DNA from: an uncultured Fidelibacterota bacterium
GTDB lineage: Bacteria > Fidelibacterota > Marinisomatia > Marinisomatales > UBA1611
NCBI GenBank assembly: GCA_913040915.1
Contig: CAJWHW010000005.1
Coordinates: forward strand, 14,663-78,662
Length of the DNA stretch: 64,000 nt
Direction of reading: 5' to 3'
Below are positions 8,458 to 18,444 of this stretch, piece by piece. Each line of letters begins with the position of its first letter. Position 1 is the stretch's first letter. The notes under the pieces are model-generated. The model was not told where the DNA came from. It worked only from the letters and a program-made list of their open reading frames with translations, and ran no database searches. Position numbers and translations under genes: made by a program.

Positions 8458-10869
8458 TTAATTTTTAAACCAATAATTTAATTTGAAATATAAAGCATTT
8501 GCATTTTCTGATGCCCACACTTTATCTATAGGAGAATAATATCGATTATCATTTAGATTATATACTAAAAAAATTGTACTTCCAGAACGATATTCCCAGC
8601 GTAAAACAAAAGTGCCCACCGTATTCTTCAAAATAAAATCAGGATTATTAGAATCATCTAGATAGTCATAGGATTCAAGGTCCATAGTCTCCGGTGCTAA
8701 AAGTCGATAGTAATTTTCATATTTCATTTCTGCAAGAAATGGTTGTACAAAACATTGAAGACTAAGGTTTGGTGAAAAAGTCCAATTAAGGCGCAAAGTA
8801 ACGTCCCTTTTCATGAGTATAGAGTTGGCATAAATCCTGGCAGTATCATCCAAAGTCTCCACAATATCAACCCATTGCATATATGTAGGAATACGGTCTT
8901 GCTTTGCTTTTATTTCAATATTTAGAGGCTCAATTGGTTTTATAACTACACCTAAATTTATTCCATGACCCCGTCCTCTATTTTTACCGTACCCAACTCC
9001 AATATTTGCTTCAAAAACCACTTTTTTTCGGCGGTCAGAGCTGATAACTGGACCTGCAAATCCCAAAAGTTCTGTTTTGTAAGCCCATGCATTATCAACC
9101 CTGAAAATATCATTATCATTGTAAGCAGGTAAAAATACTTTACTAAAAAATCCAACTCTCCAATAATTACTGAATAAATTTTCTTGTACAATATCTAATC
9201 CTTTTTGCAGTACCAAACCATCACCCCGCCATTCCTGCTTGTATTTAAACTCTATTTTATTATTTATGAAGTTTCCCCAAGGTTCCTGCTTTCTTAACTC
9301 AACTTTACCACCAATCCAGTTTATATCGTTACGGCGTAAATAGCCTAGATCATTCACATCAAACTTATCACCATAATTACCATACCAGAAATTAGCGCTC
9401 CACCATAATGGATCAATGTAACCAAGGTTAAAACGGATTGCATTACCAGTTATGTTATCAACATTAGAGCGAACCATTTGACCATTTGTAAATAATTTAT
9501 TATCTAGTAAACCTAGATTCCAGTCTAATCCCGTAACTGTTGCACCGGGATTACTTTTACGTTGAACATTTGTAACCATTAAACCTATTCTGGAAATGTT
9601 ATTGATCACTGGTAATTCAAAGCGGCCAATTGTATAGTTTGTCTTTGGCTCAATTACTATTTTTTGGTTTTTCTGAGCATCTGTCGAATCAGCTATCAAT
9701 ATGCCTATTTCTTCTGAAGTAATTGCACCAATTAATCCATAATTCACACCAGATGCTGTATTCCCAATAATTTTAGTGGCCCCTAAAATTGTTGTATAAT
9801 CAGGTACATTTTCTAGTTCACCTTCTTCTGGGAAATAATATCCTGGAGTTTTGCCAATCCGCCTTGAATGAAAAAGAGATAGTCGTTGACTGAAAAACTT
9901 GGATCCTTCCGAAAAGAATGGTCTTTTTTCTTCATAAAATGTTTCAAAAGCTGTAAGATTTAAAACTGAAGGATCTGCTTCTACCTGGCCAAAATCTGGA
10001 TTGAAAGTCATTTTCATTATTGAATTTGGTGTGAGTCTATATCTTAAATCGAGACCCATATCAATAAGTGTTTCAGAAGTACGTCCGAGTAAAGTATATG
10101 GGATTATCTCTAGCTGTTTTGGGTTAGGTATATCTTTTAAACCTAAAAGCACACCAAGTGGAAATACACTTCCACGAACTGCTTTAGTACGTCCCGGCCA
10201 CATAAGTGTTTCCTGGATTCGGTGCACACTTCTTAAAAATTCTATTCCCCATACTAAATCTGGTTTATTATCAAATTGGAATATCGCAAAAGGTAGCTTG
10301 AATTCTGCTGTCCACCCATCCTCGTTGATTGATACAGCAACATCCCAAACAGCATCCCAACTTGGATCGTAATTTTTATCTCCAGTTACTGCAACATCTA
10401 TTTTTACTCCAGATGCATTGACAGCAATAAAATAACCATTATAATTGTCATTTCTTGAATCAATGGTAAAACCAACCCAATCAGAATTATTGTTGAATCC
10501 ATCCATCCAATTATCCCTTCTAGCCAGAGCACGTTTAATCTGTTTTGCTTGGGAATCAAATGATTGAAAAGAAATGTATAGTGAATTATTATCGTATAAA
10601 ACTCTAGTTGTAGTTATTTCTGAAGGCTGGTCTAGCTCTAATGGATCGATCTGAAAAAATTCATCAACAGGAATCGCAGATTGCCATACAGCATCATCTA
10701 CTACACCATCAATCAATGGTGGCTCTGTGCATCTGATAGCTGTAGCTGTTTTGAATCTCAAAGAATCTGGATTAAAGTCTTTCAAATAATTTGAGTTACC
10801 AAAAGCTGTAGCTATATTAAACAATATGAAAATTATTGATATAATAAAGAGCCTATTTTTATTTGCCAT
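8458..10869 (-). CDS. CBM9-like/DUF5916 outer-membrane protein (likely start ATG 10869; ORF extends to 10917)
   Basis: Signal peptide, P.IDG..DD.VW, WDAVW, GWTAEF.LPF, NPDFGQVEAD, EEKRPFF.EG, C-terminal barrel end KLNYWF. Confidence 0.75.
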   Translation of the reverse strand: MANKNRLFIISIIFILFNIATAFGNSNYLKDFNPDSLRFKTATAIRCTEPPLIDGVVDDAVWQSAIPVDEFFQIDPLELDQPSEITTTRVLYDNNSLYISFQSFDSQAKQIKRALARRDNWMDGFNNNSDWVGFTIDSRNDNYNGYFIAVNASGVKIDVAVTGDKNYDPSWDAVWDVAVSINEDGWTAEFKLPFAIFQFDNKPDLVWGIEFLRSVHRIQETLMWPGRTKAVRGSVFPLGVLLGLKDIPNPKQLEIIPYTLLGRTSETLIDMGLDLRYRLTPNSIMKMTFNPDFGQVEADPSVLNLTAFETFYEEKRPFFSEGSKFFSQRLSLFHSRRIGKTPGYYFPEEGELENVPDYTTILGATKIIGNTASGVNYGLIGAITSEEIGILIADSTDAQKNQKIVIEPKTNYTIGRFELPVINNISRIGLMVTNVQRKSNPGATVTGLDWNLGLLDNKLFTNGQMVRSNVDNITGNAIRFNLGYIDPLWWSANFWYGNYGDKFDVNDLGYLRRNDINWIGGKVELRKQEPWGNFINNKIEFKYKQEWRGDGLVLQKGLDIVQENLFSNYWRVGFFSKVFLPAYNDNDIFRVDNAWAYKTELLGFAGPVISSDRRKKVVFEANIGVGYGKNRGRGHGINLGVVIKPIEPLNIEIKAKQDRIPTYMQWVDIVETLDDTARIYANSILMKRDVTLRLNWTFSPNLSLQCFVQPFLAEMKYENYYRLLAPETMDLESYDYLDDSNNPDFILKNTVGTFVLRWEYRSGSTIFLVYNLNDNRYYSPIDKVWASENANALYFKLNYWFKN

Positions 10870-10935
10870 TACAGTAACTCTAGTAGCACTTGATGGGTTA
10901 TTTGATTTTGAAATCAAATGATTATAATTATTATT

Positions 10936-11610
10936 TTAATGGGAATGGCCAAACCAATTATAACTCAAATAGATGAAACCGACTCCCATAATTAGAACTC
11001 CACTAACCAACTCAGAATTAATATTAAATTGAATTTTGTTCATTTTATTTATAAGAATATTTTTGGTATAATTAAATGTAACTACAATAAAGAATAAAAC
11101 CAGGCCGATTCCCAAAACATAAATAGATATAAAACGTAAAATGTCACTTATACTAGGAGTTAGTCCAGTCATCATTATAACCGCAAGCGAAGAAGCACAG
11201 GGCAGCATTCCAGTTAATAAGCCCACCGTAATTGGATTTCCCACTTTTGTTTCATTGTATTGGCCGTGTTTGTGGCTGCAATCATCAGAATGGATATGTT
11301 TTACTTTGTAAAGTGCCCTAACAAATATATAAATGCCAAAGACAAGGATGATAAATGGACCTAACCAATGAGAAATATCATGAATAAAATCACTTGCTAA
11401 TTCTGTCATAATTATATTAAAAACAATTGCGATCAAACTAAGTACCCCAAAATGGGAAAATAATAAACTTGCTGTTAGTAAAAGAATTTTATTGAAATCC
11501 AATTTTCCGCCAATTGTGTAGGCCAGTAGGAATGTTTTACCATGACCTGGCTCCAATGCATGAAGAGAGCCTAAAAGAAATATAGATGTAATAGTTAGGG
11601 AGTCTGTCAT
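10936..11610 (-). CDS. RcnA/NicO-family Ni/Co transporter (likely start ATG 11610; ORF track 11634)
   Basis: LHALEPGHGKT, His-rich loop HIHSDDCSHKHG, GMLPCASS, multiple TM helices. Confidence 0.8.
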   Translation of the reverse strand: MTDSLTITSIFLLGSLHALEPGHGKTFLLAYTIGGKLDFNKILLLTASLLFSHFGVLSLIAIVFNIIMTELASDFIHDISHWLGPFIILVFGIYIFVRALYKVKHIHSDDCSHKHGQYNETKVGNPITVGLLTGMLPCASSLAVIMMTGLTPSISDILRFISIYVLGIGLVLFFIVVTFNYTKNILINKMNKIQFNINSELVSGVLIMGVGFIYLSYNWFGHSH

Positions 11611-11618
11611 ATCTATCC

Positions 11619-11649
11619 AAAAAAATAGCCCCATAAATTGAGGCTATTT
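11619..11649 (-). terminator. Intrinsic terminator of the C25 peptidase gene
   Basis: AAATAGCC...GGCTATTT stem with a flanking A7 tract (U tract on the minus strand). It overlaps the ORF-track start at 11634, which supports the later start at 11610. Confidence 0.65.
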
Positions 11650-11671
11650 ATAGGTAAAATATTATTTAGAA

Positions 11672-14600
11672 TTATTCATTAAGCACTGCATCAACGATGA
11701 GTAAAACATCGTAGAGGTTAACTATGCCATCGAGATTCATATCAGCGTTCTGTACCTGTTCAAATGTAAAACCAACATTACCTACAACGTAATTAACAAG
11801 ATAGATTACATCAAAAATGCTTATCAAACCATCCAGATTAGTATCACCAAAATCAATATTTAAGGGTGGTACAGAACCAGCTGGGAATACTATACGGTCA
11901 ATCCAAGCACAATCTTGCCCAGCACTTTGAGCTCCGTCTTTCATATATACCCATCGCAATGTATGCATACCAACAGGTATGTTAATTGTATATTCTGTCC
12001 AGTCTGTCTCTCCACCAATAATTATATTGACCGGTTCATCATTAATAAAAAAAGTAAGATAATCATAAATACTACCACTGGCACCTTGCTCCGAAGATGA
12101 TTTAGCCCAGAATGAAATTTCACCTTCATATAGTATATTCATTTCAATAGCCAGCTCAGAAGTTTCACCATCATTTATATCCCCAGATTGTGCAGAATAA
12201 CTTCCCGAGTATGCATTGGAACTAATAGACCATTCATTATCTCCACTATGAATCCAATCAAATGCAGTAAAATTTTCTGACTCAAAATCTTCGATTAGCA
12301 GACCTAGAGTAATGGGTATAGGGAAGACATTTTCGTAATCCGTCCCTGAAGAACCTATCACCAGACCAACCAGTGCCGTATGACCAATTGGCGCATCGTT
12401 GCTGGCAGTCAAATCAACTGTCACGCTGAGATTCCCATTAATTTCCCAAAGGTATGCATTATCACTAGTCACAGTTCCCAATGTGATATTTGGATCACTG
12501 GTAGTGGCTATAAATGTTGGATAATTCAAAGGAGCATTACCTAGATTATTAAGGACTAATTGCATCGTTGTAGACTCACCTGGGTCTAGGGTCCCATTAC
12601 CCATATCCATAAATTCAACTGATAATAAATTGAATTCCGGAGCTTCCACAGGGATATTTGTTTCGTATTCCCAAGTTTCATTCCCATCTGTAACATTCAA
12701 AATAAAAGGTATGATTGACCCATTTTCAACGTTCCAACTTACCATAAATTCGAAAGGGCCTATGGTCACCTCTTCGCCTGCTGCAATTGAAGTATGTTCA
12801 AGAATAGTATTATTCATATCTACCATATCACCATCATGAGATAAGCTAAAGGTCAAATCTCCTGATGAATCCTGGCCGACATTTTCAAAAGTCACGTATA
12901 AATATCCCGTCTCACCAAAATCGAGTATTTGATCTGAACCTCCATTCACAGCAATATCGCCCATAAGCAGATATGCACCGTCTGGGGCAATAACATTTAC
13001 GGCTGTCTCATAAGGGATTTTATTATATCCGGTAACAACTAAATCTATGCTTCCAGGTACATCTAGAGGTGTATCAAAATTAATTGTTGCTGCCCCTGAA
13101 CCATCCGTATATGTAGAGCCTAATAATTCACCATCTCTAGATATCGCTACTAATGCACCGCTTTCTCCAGTTTCAATACTAAATTCGGTAGCACCTATAA
13201 TCATGACACCATTATGTGATGTATTCATATCTGTTGGGGTATCGGTCCGAACAACAACAGACGGATCACCGAAGCAAGTCCAATAATAGGTTTCATTGTA
13301 TCCTGCACTACCATAACTGTCATTCATTTGTAACATTCCATTAAAAGAGAGCCCCCCAAAAGTACGTTTAATATTATTCTCATAAGATTCAACCAAAATG
13401 GCATTCATTTCATCCTGACCTTCCATCGGAGGATTCCATCCCTGATTTACTGTGGACATGAGGGTAGCAACGGCCCCAATTGGTGTCCCATCACTTGCAG
13501 TTGCACGCAACCATGTTTCAGCAAAACAGGTACCAATATGGAATTCGCCATTTACGCATGCGACTGACCAAATAAATGGATACATACCTATATTGACTAA
13601 ACCGTTAACATCTGTTTGATTCATGGGACATCCGTTTCCCCAGGATCCATTGGAACCATGTCCTGTGTAATTAATGATAGAACGGCCTTCATTCAGAGCG
13701 GCTTCTCCATCCGCCACAGTTCCACTTGGGTCATAAATCTGGTCTATTTCCATATAAGTATAATTTAATAATTGATCACGTATATTGTTTAAGTGCTCAT
13801 CATCATATTCACCATCATCTCCAGGACCTTGGTCTGATGCAAACCCGGATCCTTTTTTATACCAGTCTGCCATTGGATCTGGCTCCATTTCATAAGCTAT
13901 TGTCCTATTAACCATTGTTTCAACATGTATACCTGTTTCTGCAGAAAAACGACCGATAAAAAGTTCAGGATATGCATCATTACCTGAAATAAAAGTTAAG
14001 GAATTATCAGAAGGACTATTTGAGCCATTACCATTTGAACGACGTATCGATTCAATTTGAGCAATATCTCCTACAAGCAAAACATATGCGATACCGTCTT
14101 CGTAATATTTATCCGCAATGAATTGCTCCATATCAGGAACACCACCAACATTTGCAACATCAACTATTTCTGTTGGGATACCTTTGTAATTTTTCCAATC
14201 AATAAATGCTTGCATCTCATCCATGAACTCGCCATGTGAAATAATTAGCATAGGACCATGTTCATCAAGGGGCTCATATCGGTCTGTTGTCTGATAGTTT
14301 AAAAAGTGTTCAGAGTATATATTTTCAAATTCCCTTGAACCACCTTTATTTGGTCGACGTGTTAAAGGGTTGATGTTACTGATGCCATTTTCCTTAATAA
14401 AAATTTTTATGTATTTAAATACCCTGAGTTTTCTTTGAATAGGATTAAATTGGATTGGTTGAAAAACAATAGATTGACCACGTGTATTTCGCATGACATA
14501 TGGCTCCCGCAGAAAAACAATTTCATCAGGATAAAATTTATCCGTCTGGTATGCTTTTCCATAGGTATAAAGTATACTGGACGGATCTACATTACGTAGA

Positions 14601-14965
14601 AGGTTCCCTTTGGAAGAGCTCAAGTCTTCAAAATCTATATCCATATACTCTGACTCTAGAATTGAAATCTCCATATGGGCTAAATCTGGAATTTTAATCG
14701 ATCTTGCCATTCGAGGTAAATCGGGTGCACCAGCTTCCAAAATAGGGATTCCACCAGGTAATGTAATTTTCTTTTTACCGTTTGGAAGAATCTCTACAAA
14801 ATATCCACCTAAGTCAAAAGAAACTTCTAACTGGCTATCAGAGATAATATTTACGTTCCATTCCGGTTCAGAAGGTTCAGCATTGCCTACATCTACCCAC
14901 TCTCTCCCAAAAAGATTACCCAATGCAAATATGCTAATAATATAAATTGTTTCGATTTGTCTCAT
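11672..14965 (-). CDS. C25 (gingipain-like) cysteine peptidase with propeptide, Ig-like domains and C-terminal dockerin (likely start 14965)
   Basis: Propeptide GAPDLP, WKNYKG, YVLLVGD, IGRFSA, catalytic NYTGHG and SVAC, FGDPS; two dockerin loops GDTNLDG..SIFD / ADMNLDG.VNLYD. Confidence 0.85.
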   Translation of the reverse strand: MRQIETIYIISIFALGNLFGREWVDVGNAEPSEPEWNVNIISDSQLEVSFDLGGYFVEILPNGKKKITLPGGIPILEAGAPDLPRMARSIKIPDLAHMEISILESEYMDIDFEDLSSSKGNLLRNVDPSSILYTYGKAYQTDKFYPDEIVFLREPYVMRNTRGQSIVFQPIQFNPIQRKLRVFKYIKIFIKENGISNINPLTRRPNKGGSREFENIYSEHFLNYQTTDRYEPLDEHGPMLIISHGEFMDEMQAFIDWKNYKGIPTEIVDVANVGGVPDMEQFIADKYYEDGIAYVLLVGDIAQIESIRRSNGNGSNSPSDNSLTFISGNDAYPELFIGRFSAETGIHVETMVNRTIAYEMEPDPMADWYKKGSGFASDQGPGDDGEYDDEHLNNIRDQLLNYTYMEIDQIYDPSGTVADGEAALNEGRSIINYTGHGSNGSWGNGCPMNQTDVNGLVNIGMYPFIWSVACVNGEFHIGTCFAETWLRATASDGTPIGAVATLMSTVNQGWNPPMEGQDEMNAILVESYENNIKRTFGGLSFNGMLQMNDSYGSAGYNETYYWTCFGDPSVVVRTDTPTDMNTSHNGVMIIGATEFSIETGESGALVAISRDGELLGSTYTDGSGAATINFDTPLDVPGSIDLVVTGYNKIPYETAVNVIAPDGAYLLMGDIAVNGGSDQILDFGETGYLYVTFENVGQDSSGDLTFSLSHDGDMVDMNNTILEHTSIAAGEEVTIGPFEFMVSWNVENGSIIPFILNVTDGNETWEYETNIPVEAPEFNLLSVEFMDMGNGTLDPGESTTMQLVLNNLGNAPLNYPTFIATTSDPNITLGTVTSDNAYLWEINGNLSVTVDLTASNDAPIGHTALVGLVIGSSGTDYENVFPIPITLGLLIEDFESENFTAFDWIHSGDNEWSISSNAYSGSYSAQSGDINDGETSELAIEMNILYEGEISFWAKSSSEQGASGSIYDYLTFFINDEPVNIIIGGETDWTEYTINIPVGMHTLRWVYMKDGAQSAGQDCAWIDRIVFPAGSVPPLNIDFGDTNLDGLISIFDVIYLVNYVVGNVGFTFEQVQNADMNLDGIVNLYDVLLIVDAVLNE

Positions 14966-15062
14966 AATTTGATTATCAATAAAATTTTGTACCCTTAAAA
15001 CGATTTCTCCAACAATAAAACTCATTGATTCTAGAATTAAACCATACCAGATAAATATACTT

Positions 15063-15893
15063 CTAATTGGACATAGCAGTCCAATCCTGAATCTTCTTTT
15101 CTACTATTTTTAATTCTTGCACTTTTTCTCGTTTTTTTAATCCATTTGCAAATATTTTTAATTTATTTAGCAGCATGTTTTTTACTGATTCGTATTGTTC
15201 TTCAGAAAGCGAATTGATCGCCAATATTTTTTCCAAGGATTGAATACGAAATTGTTCAATCCCATCGGGTAGTTTAGACAGTTGATCTGGATGCCCGCCA
15301 TATTTTTTGATTAACATTTCATCCAAAAATAAAACTGGATATTTCATTGCTATCCGTAGCCATAAATCATAATCTTCGCAAACTTTCAGATCTTCATCAA
15401 AAATTCCAATATCATTTAATATAGCTTTATGAAGCAATACCGATGATGGTGATATTCGGCAAATATCTAGACATTTTTCAAAGATATAACCGCCATATTT
15501 TTGATGTTTTTTCATTTGATTTACCCTAACACCATTTCGAATCCAAATTTCATTAGTATGGCAAAGTAAAAAATCAGAATTATTTTCTAACGCAATAACC
15601 TGCTGTTTTAATTTAGTAGATAACCACTCATCATCTGAATCTAGAAATGCGATCCAATCACCCCTAGCATGTTTGATGCCTGTATTTCTGGCAGAACTAA
15701 CTCCCCTATTTCTTTGCTTAATCAATTTAATGCTGGGATATTCAGATAGAATAAAATTTTTAGTACCATCAGTTGAGCCATCATCAATAACAATAATTTC
15801 TGATGGATGGTGAATTTGGTTTATTACAGAATCAATAGCACGGGACAGGGTATGTTTTCTATTATAAGTTGGAATAAGGACAGAAATATTCAT
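15063..15893 (-). CDS. Glycosyltransferase family 2
   Basis: SVLIPTYNR, IDDGSTD, GVSSARN, AFLDSDD, EDYDLWLR. Confidence 0.92.
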   Translation of the reverse strand: MNISVLIPTYNRKHTLSRAIDSVINQIHHPSEIIVIDDGSTDGTKNFILSEYPSIKLIKQRNRGVSSARNTGIKHARGDWIAFLDSDDEWLSTKLKQQVIALENNSDFLLCHTNEIWIRNGVRVNQMKKHQKYGGYIFEKCLDICRISPSSVLLHKAILNDIGIFDEDLKVCEDYDLWLRIAMKYPVLFLDEMLIKKYGGHPDQLSKLPDGIEQFRIQSLEKILAINSLSEEQYESVKNMLLNKLKIFANGLKKREKVQELKIVEKKIQDWTAMSN

Positions 15894-15906
15894 CAGTTAC
15901 TGGGTA

Positions 15907-16080
15907 TTAATTATTAATCTTTCCCATAATCAAATTAACTAAAGCTAAACCCTGGATAACAATTCCTACAGATTTGAAAAGAGTGAATTCACCATCAACC
16001 TACCTTATTGGATATCTTTTTGATATGAGCTTACCTAATTCACTTTGAACTTGATGAAATGCCCAAAATACTTCCCATAA
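15907..16080 (-). pseudogene. C-terminal remnant of an ornithine cyclodeaminase/mu-crystallin family gene
   Basis: Manual translation LWEVFWAFHQVQSELGKLISKRYPIR*VDGEFTLFKSVGIVIQGLALVNLIMGKINN*; resembles the ELG...GR...ITLFKSVG.A.QD family end; internal TAG at 16000-16002; N-terminus missing. Confidence 0.7.
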
Positions 16081-16138
16081 TTAAAATAATATACCAAATG
16101 GTTATTTTATTTAGGATTTTCTAACTCTCGTTTATAAT

Positions 16139-17020
16139 CTAAAACAATTGACTTGGATAAACGCCTTTTACTATTAGATCACTTATTTGCTGCATCACAT
16201 AAGGTCGATCTTGTTTGTAAGTTACTCCAAACCATCTAGAACCACTTCTTAAAACATGAACCGATTCTTTACCGTTTTGGATTAAATCGTTTACCACTGT
16301 TGGTATCAAAAATTCACTTTTCATTTTACCACCATCCTTTTTCAAAAATTCAATAAAATTTAGTTTAAGGTAGTCAAATAATTTTGGTGTAAAGCCCCAT
16401 ACATTCATAGAAACTGTTTCTGTACCATTTAATTTTATATCCCGATCGGAAGTGATCCCATCGAGACTTTCCCTTAACTCGCTCGTTTCGATAACTGTAT
16501 CCAATTCACTATTATTTACGGTGCAAAGTCCACGAGTTACACCACCATATTGTGATAAAGTGTTGTTCAATTGAAACCCAACCATAGAAAAATTATCGGC
16601 TCCTGAGCGATAGTATTCCGCCACTACATTAAAAGACTCACTACCATAAAAATCATCACCATTGATTGCCACAAAGGGTTCGTTGATTAATTCAGAAGCT
16701 GCTAAAATGGCATGACCTGTTCCCCAGGGCTTTTTCCTACCTGCAGGGCATTCAAACCCTTCCGGCAAATCATGAAGATCCTGAAAAGCAAATTCTACTT
16801 TTATTTTTCCTGCGTATTTATCTGTGATAACTGCTTTAAACTCTGTTTCAAAATCTCTACGAATAATAAAAACAACTTTGGTAAAGCTTGCCTTAATGGC
16901 ATCATGTACAGAATAATCTATAATGGTTTCACCATTCGGCCCTACTGTATCCAACTGCTTCAACCCACCATACCTCGAACCCATTCCGGCAGCCATGACA
17001 AGAAGAGTCAACTCATTCAT
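16139..17020 (-). CDS. Sugar-phosphate nucleotidyltransferase family protein
   Basis: LVMAAGMGSRYGGLKQ, KPWGTGHA, INGDDFYG, VSMN.WGF, WFGVTY. Confidence 0.85.
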   Translation of the reverse strand: MNELTLLVMAAGMGSRYGGLKQLDTVGPNGETIIDYSVHDAIKASFTKVVFIIRRDFETEFKAVITDKYAGKIKVEFAFQDLHDLPEGFECPAGRKKPWGTGHAILAASELINEPFVAINGDDFYGSESFNVVAEYYRSGADNFSMVGFQLNNTLSQYGGVTRGLCTVNNSELDTVIETSELRESLDGITSDRDIKLNGTETVSMNVWGFTPKLFDYLKLNFIEFLKKDGGKMKSEFLIPTVVNDLIQNGKESVHVLRSGSRWFGVTYKQDRPYVMQQISDLIVKGVYPSQLF

Positions 17021-17419
17021 TTAAAAACCCTTTATAATTTTATTCAACATTTGAAATTAATGTAAAAACTAAAGAGAAAATTACGCATTCATTATTTGGA
17101 ATAATGTATTAATATGAATAGAAAGTTGTCGGCCCCAATTTCTGCAATGCAAAAGGAAAATCAAATTGGTAACCCTAAAAGATAAAGAATTTCCAGAATT
17201 GTAGTAGCATCGGTAAGGAATGTTAGTACCACATGATCATAATGAGGAAATATCTGGTTTTTTTATAGTTAATATCTAAAACTATTTAATATAATACCTG
17301 TCAAATTGCAATTAGAAGAACTGAATAAATGAATCCGAACTAGATAGAAGACTAATTCTTCCTAATCCTACATAGAGAATGCACTAAGTGTATCTATAAG
17401 GATTATAGGATATAAGTTT

Positions 17420-18304
17420 TTAGATTATGATTTGTTTGAATTCGTTGTAAGTATAGAAGGTAAGATCAATAGACTCTTCTAAAATCGGAAGAGATTGCAG
17501 TCCCTGACCACCAAAAACAACTTTTATTCCTAAATCATGTGCCAAACTAACGATAGATTTTGTCTGCTTTTCTGTTTTCTGTAGGTTCTTTTTTACAGTT
17601 GCCATACAGCATTGCATGTTACAGAGATAAAAAACGATTATATCTATTTGCTTCTTTTTTAGAATGGCTTGTAGGTCTCCTAACTCAGCATGCGACCCGG
17701 TATTTAGTACGTTATATCCATAATGTCTTAAAATAATTTCAGACATTACGACCCCAAGATCCGGCAGATTATCCTCAAAATTAATACAGAGTGCAGTTTT
17801 ACCATTGAATTTACCGTTGGGCTTATTTTGGTTTAAATTTTCTGCTACCCTGGTTATTATCTTCCTACTGATAAATGTTTCAACCTGGGATAAGTAACCT
17901 TTTCTCAACGAATTTTCAACGATCATACTCGCTGGTTCAATGACTTCATCACAGATCTCTTCAACTTCGACTCCTTTTAGATAAATCCCATTGATAATCG
18001 TACTCACACTAAGATCATCAGATTCAAGGCTTGCATCTGCTAATATTACAGCTAATTCTTTGTAGCTCTTTTTGTTTATCAGGCTGTGAATCTTTTTATG
18101 ATCCCGATTATTGATACCAAGTTTTGTATTTTTCCCAGCTTTTTCTTGAGCTTTGTAAAAATCACGAATATTTTGCATTGTGAACTTTCTATGACCGCCT
18201 GCAGTTTTAGTACAACTTAGTTTATCATTATCTGTCCAGCGTTTTAGGGTAGAGATATTCACACCCAATATTTCTGCAACTGTTTTTGAATTAAGATATC
18301 TCAT
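17420..18304 (-). CDS. BldC/Xis-type (MerR-like) wHTH regulator fused to a degenerate cobalamin-binding-like sensor (CarH/LitR architecture)
   Basis: N-terminal LNSKTVAEILGVNISTLKRW...KTAGGHRKF; four-helix cap (EICDEVIEP); Rossmann part LG...ILRHYGYNVLNTG...VVFGGQG. Confidence 0.75.
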   Translation of the reverse strand: MRYLNSKTVAEILGVNISTLKRWTDNDKLSCTKTAGGHRKFTMQNIRDFYKAQEKAGKNTKLGINNRDHKKIHSLINKKSYKELAVILADASLESDDLSVSTIINGIYLKGVEVEEICDEVIEPASMIVENSLRKGYLSQVETFISRKIITRVAENLNQNKPNGKFNGKTALCINFEDNLPDLGVVMSEIILRHYGYNVLNTGSHAELGDLQAILKKKQIDIIVFYLCNMQCCMATVKKNLQKTEKQTKSIVSLAHDLGIKVVFGGQGLQSLPILEESIDLTFYTYNEFKQIII

Positions 18305-18345
18305 GAATAAATATACTTAAAATGGCCAATAAATTAAACTAGTTA

Positions 18346-18363
18346 ATGAGCGTTATGGGCTTT
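18346..18363 (-). promoter_or_regulatory. Tandem 9-bp direct repeat, site A (candidate operator, autoregulation)
   Basis: ATGAGCGTT-ATGGGCTTT on + strand, 42 bp upstream of the regulator start; -10-like TAATTT 9 nt downstream on the minus strand. Confidence 0.7.
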
Positions 18364-18444
18364 TTGATATAAAAATTAAATTATCTACTATATAGCATAA
18401 ACAAAAAAAATTAACTAATGTAAGACTTATTTATTATTTCAGTT

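Noticed and set aside
17021..17419. 400-bp gap that might be a decayed gene or an sRNA
   Set aside because: Only short, stop-riddled frames; no family motif or stable structure I can support.
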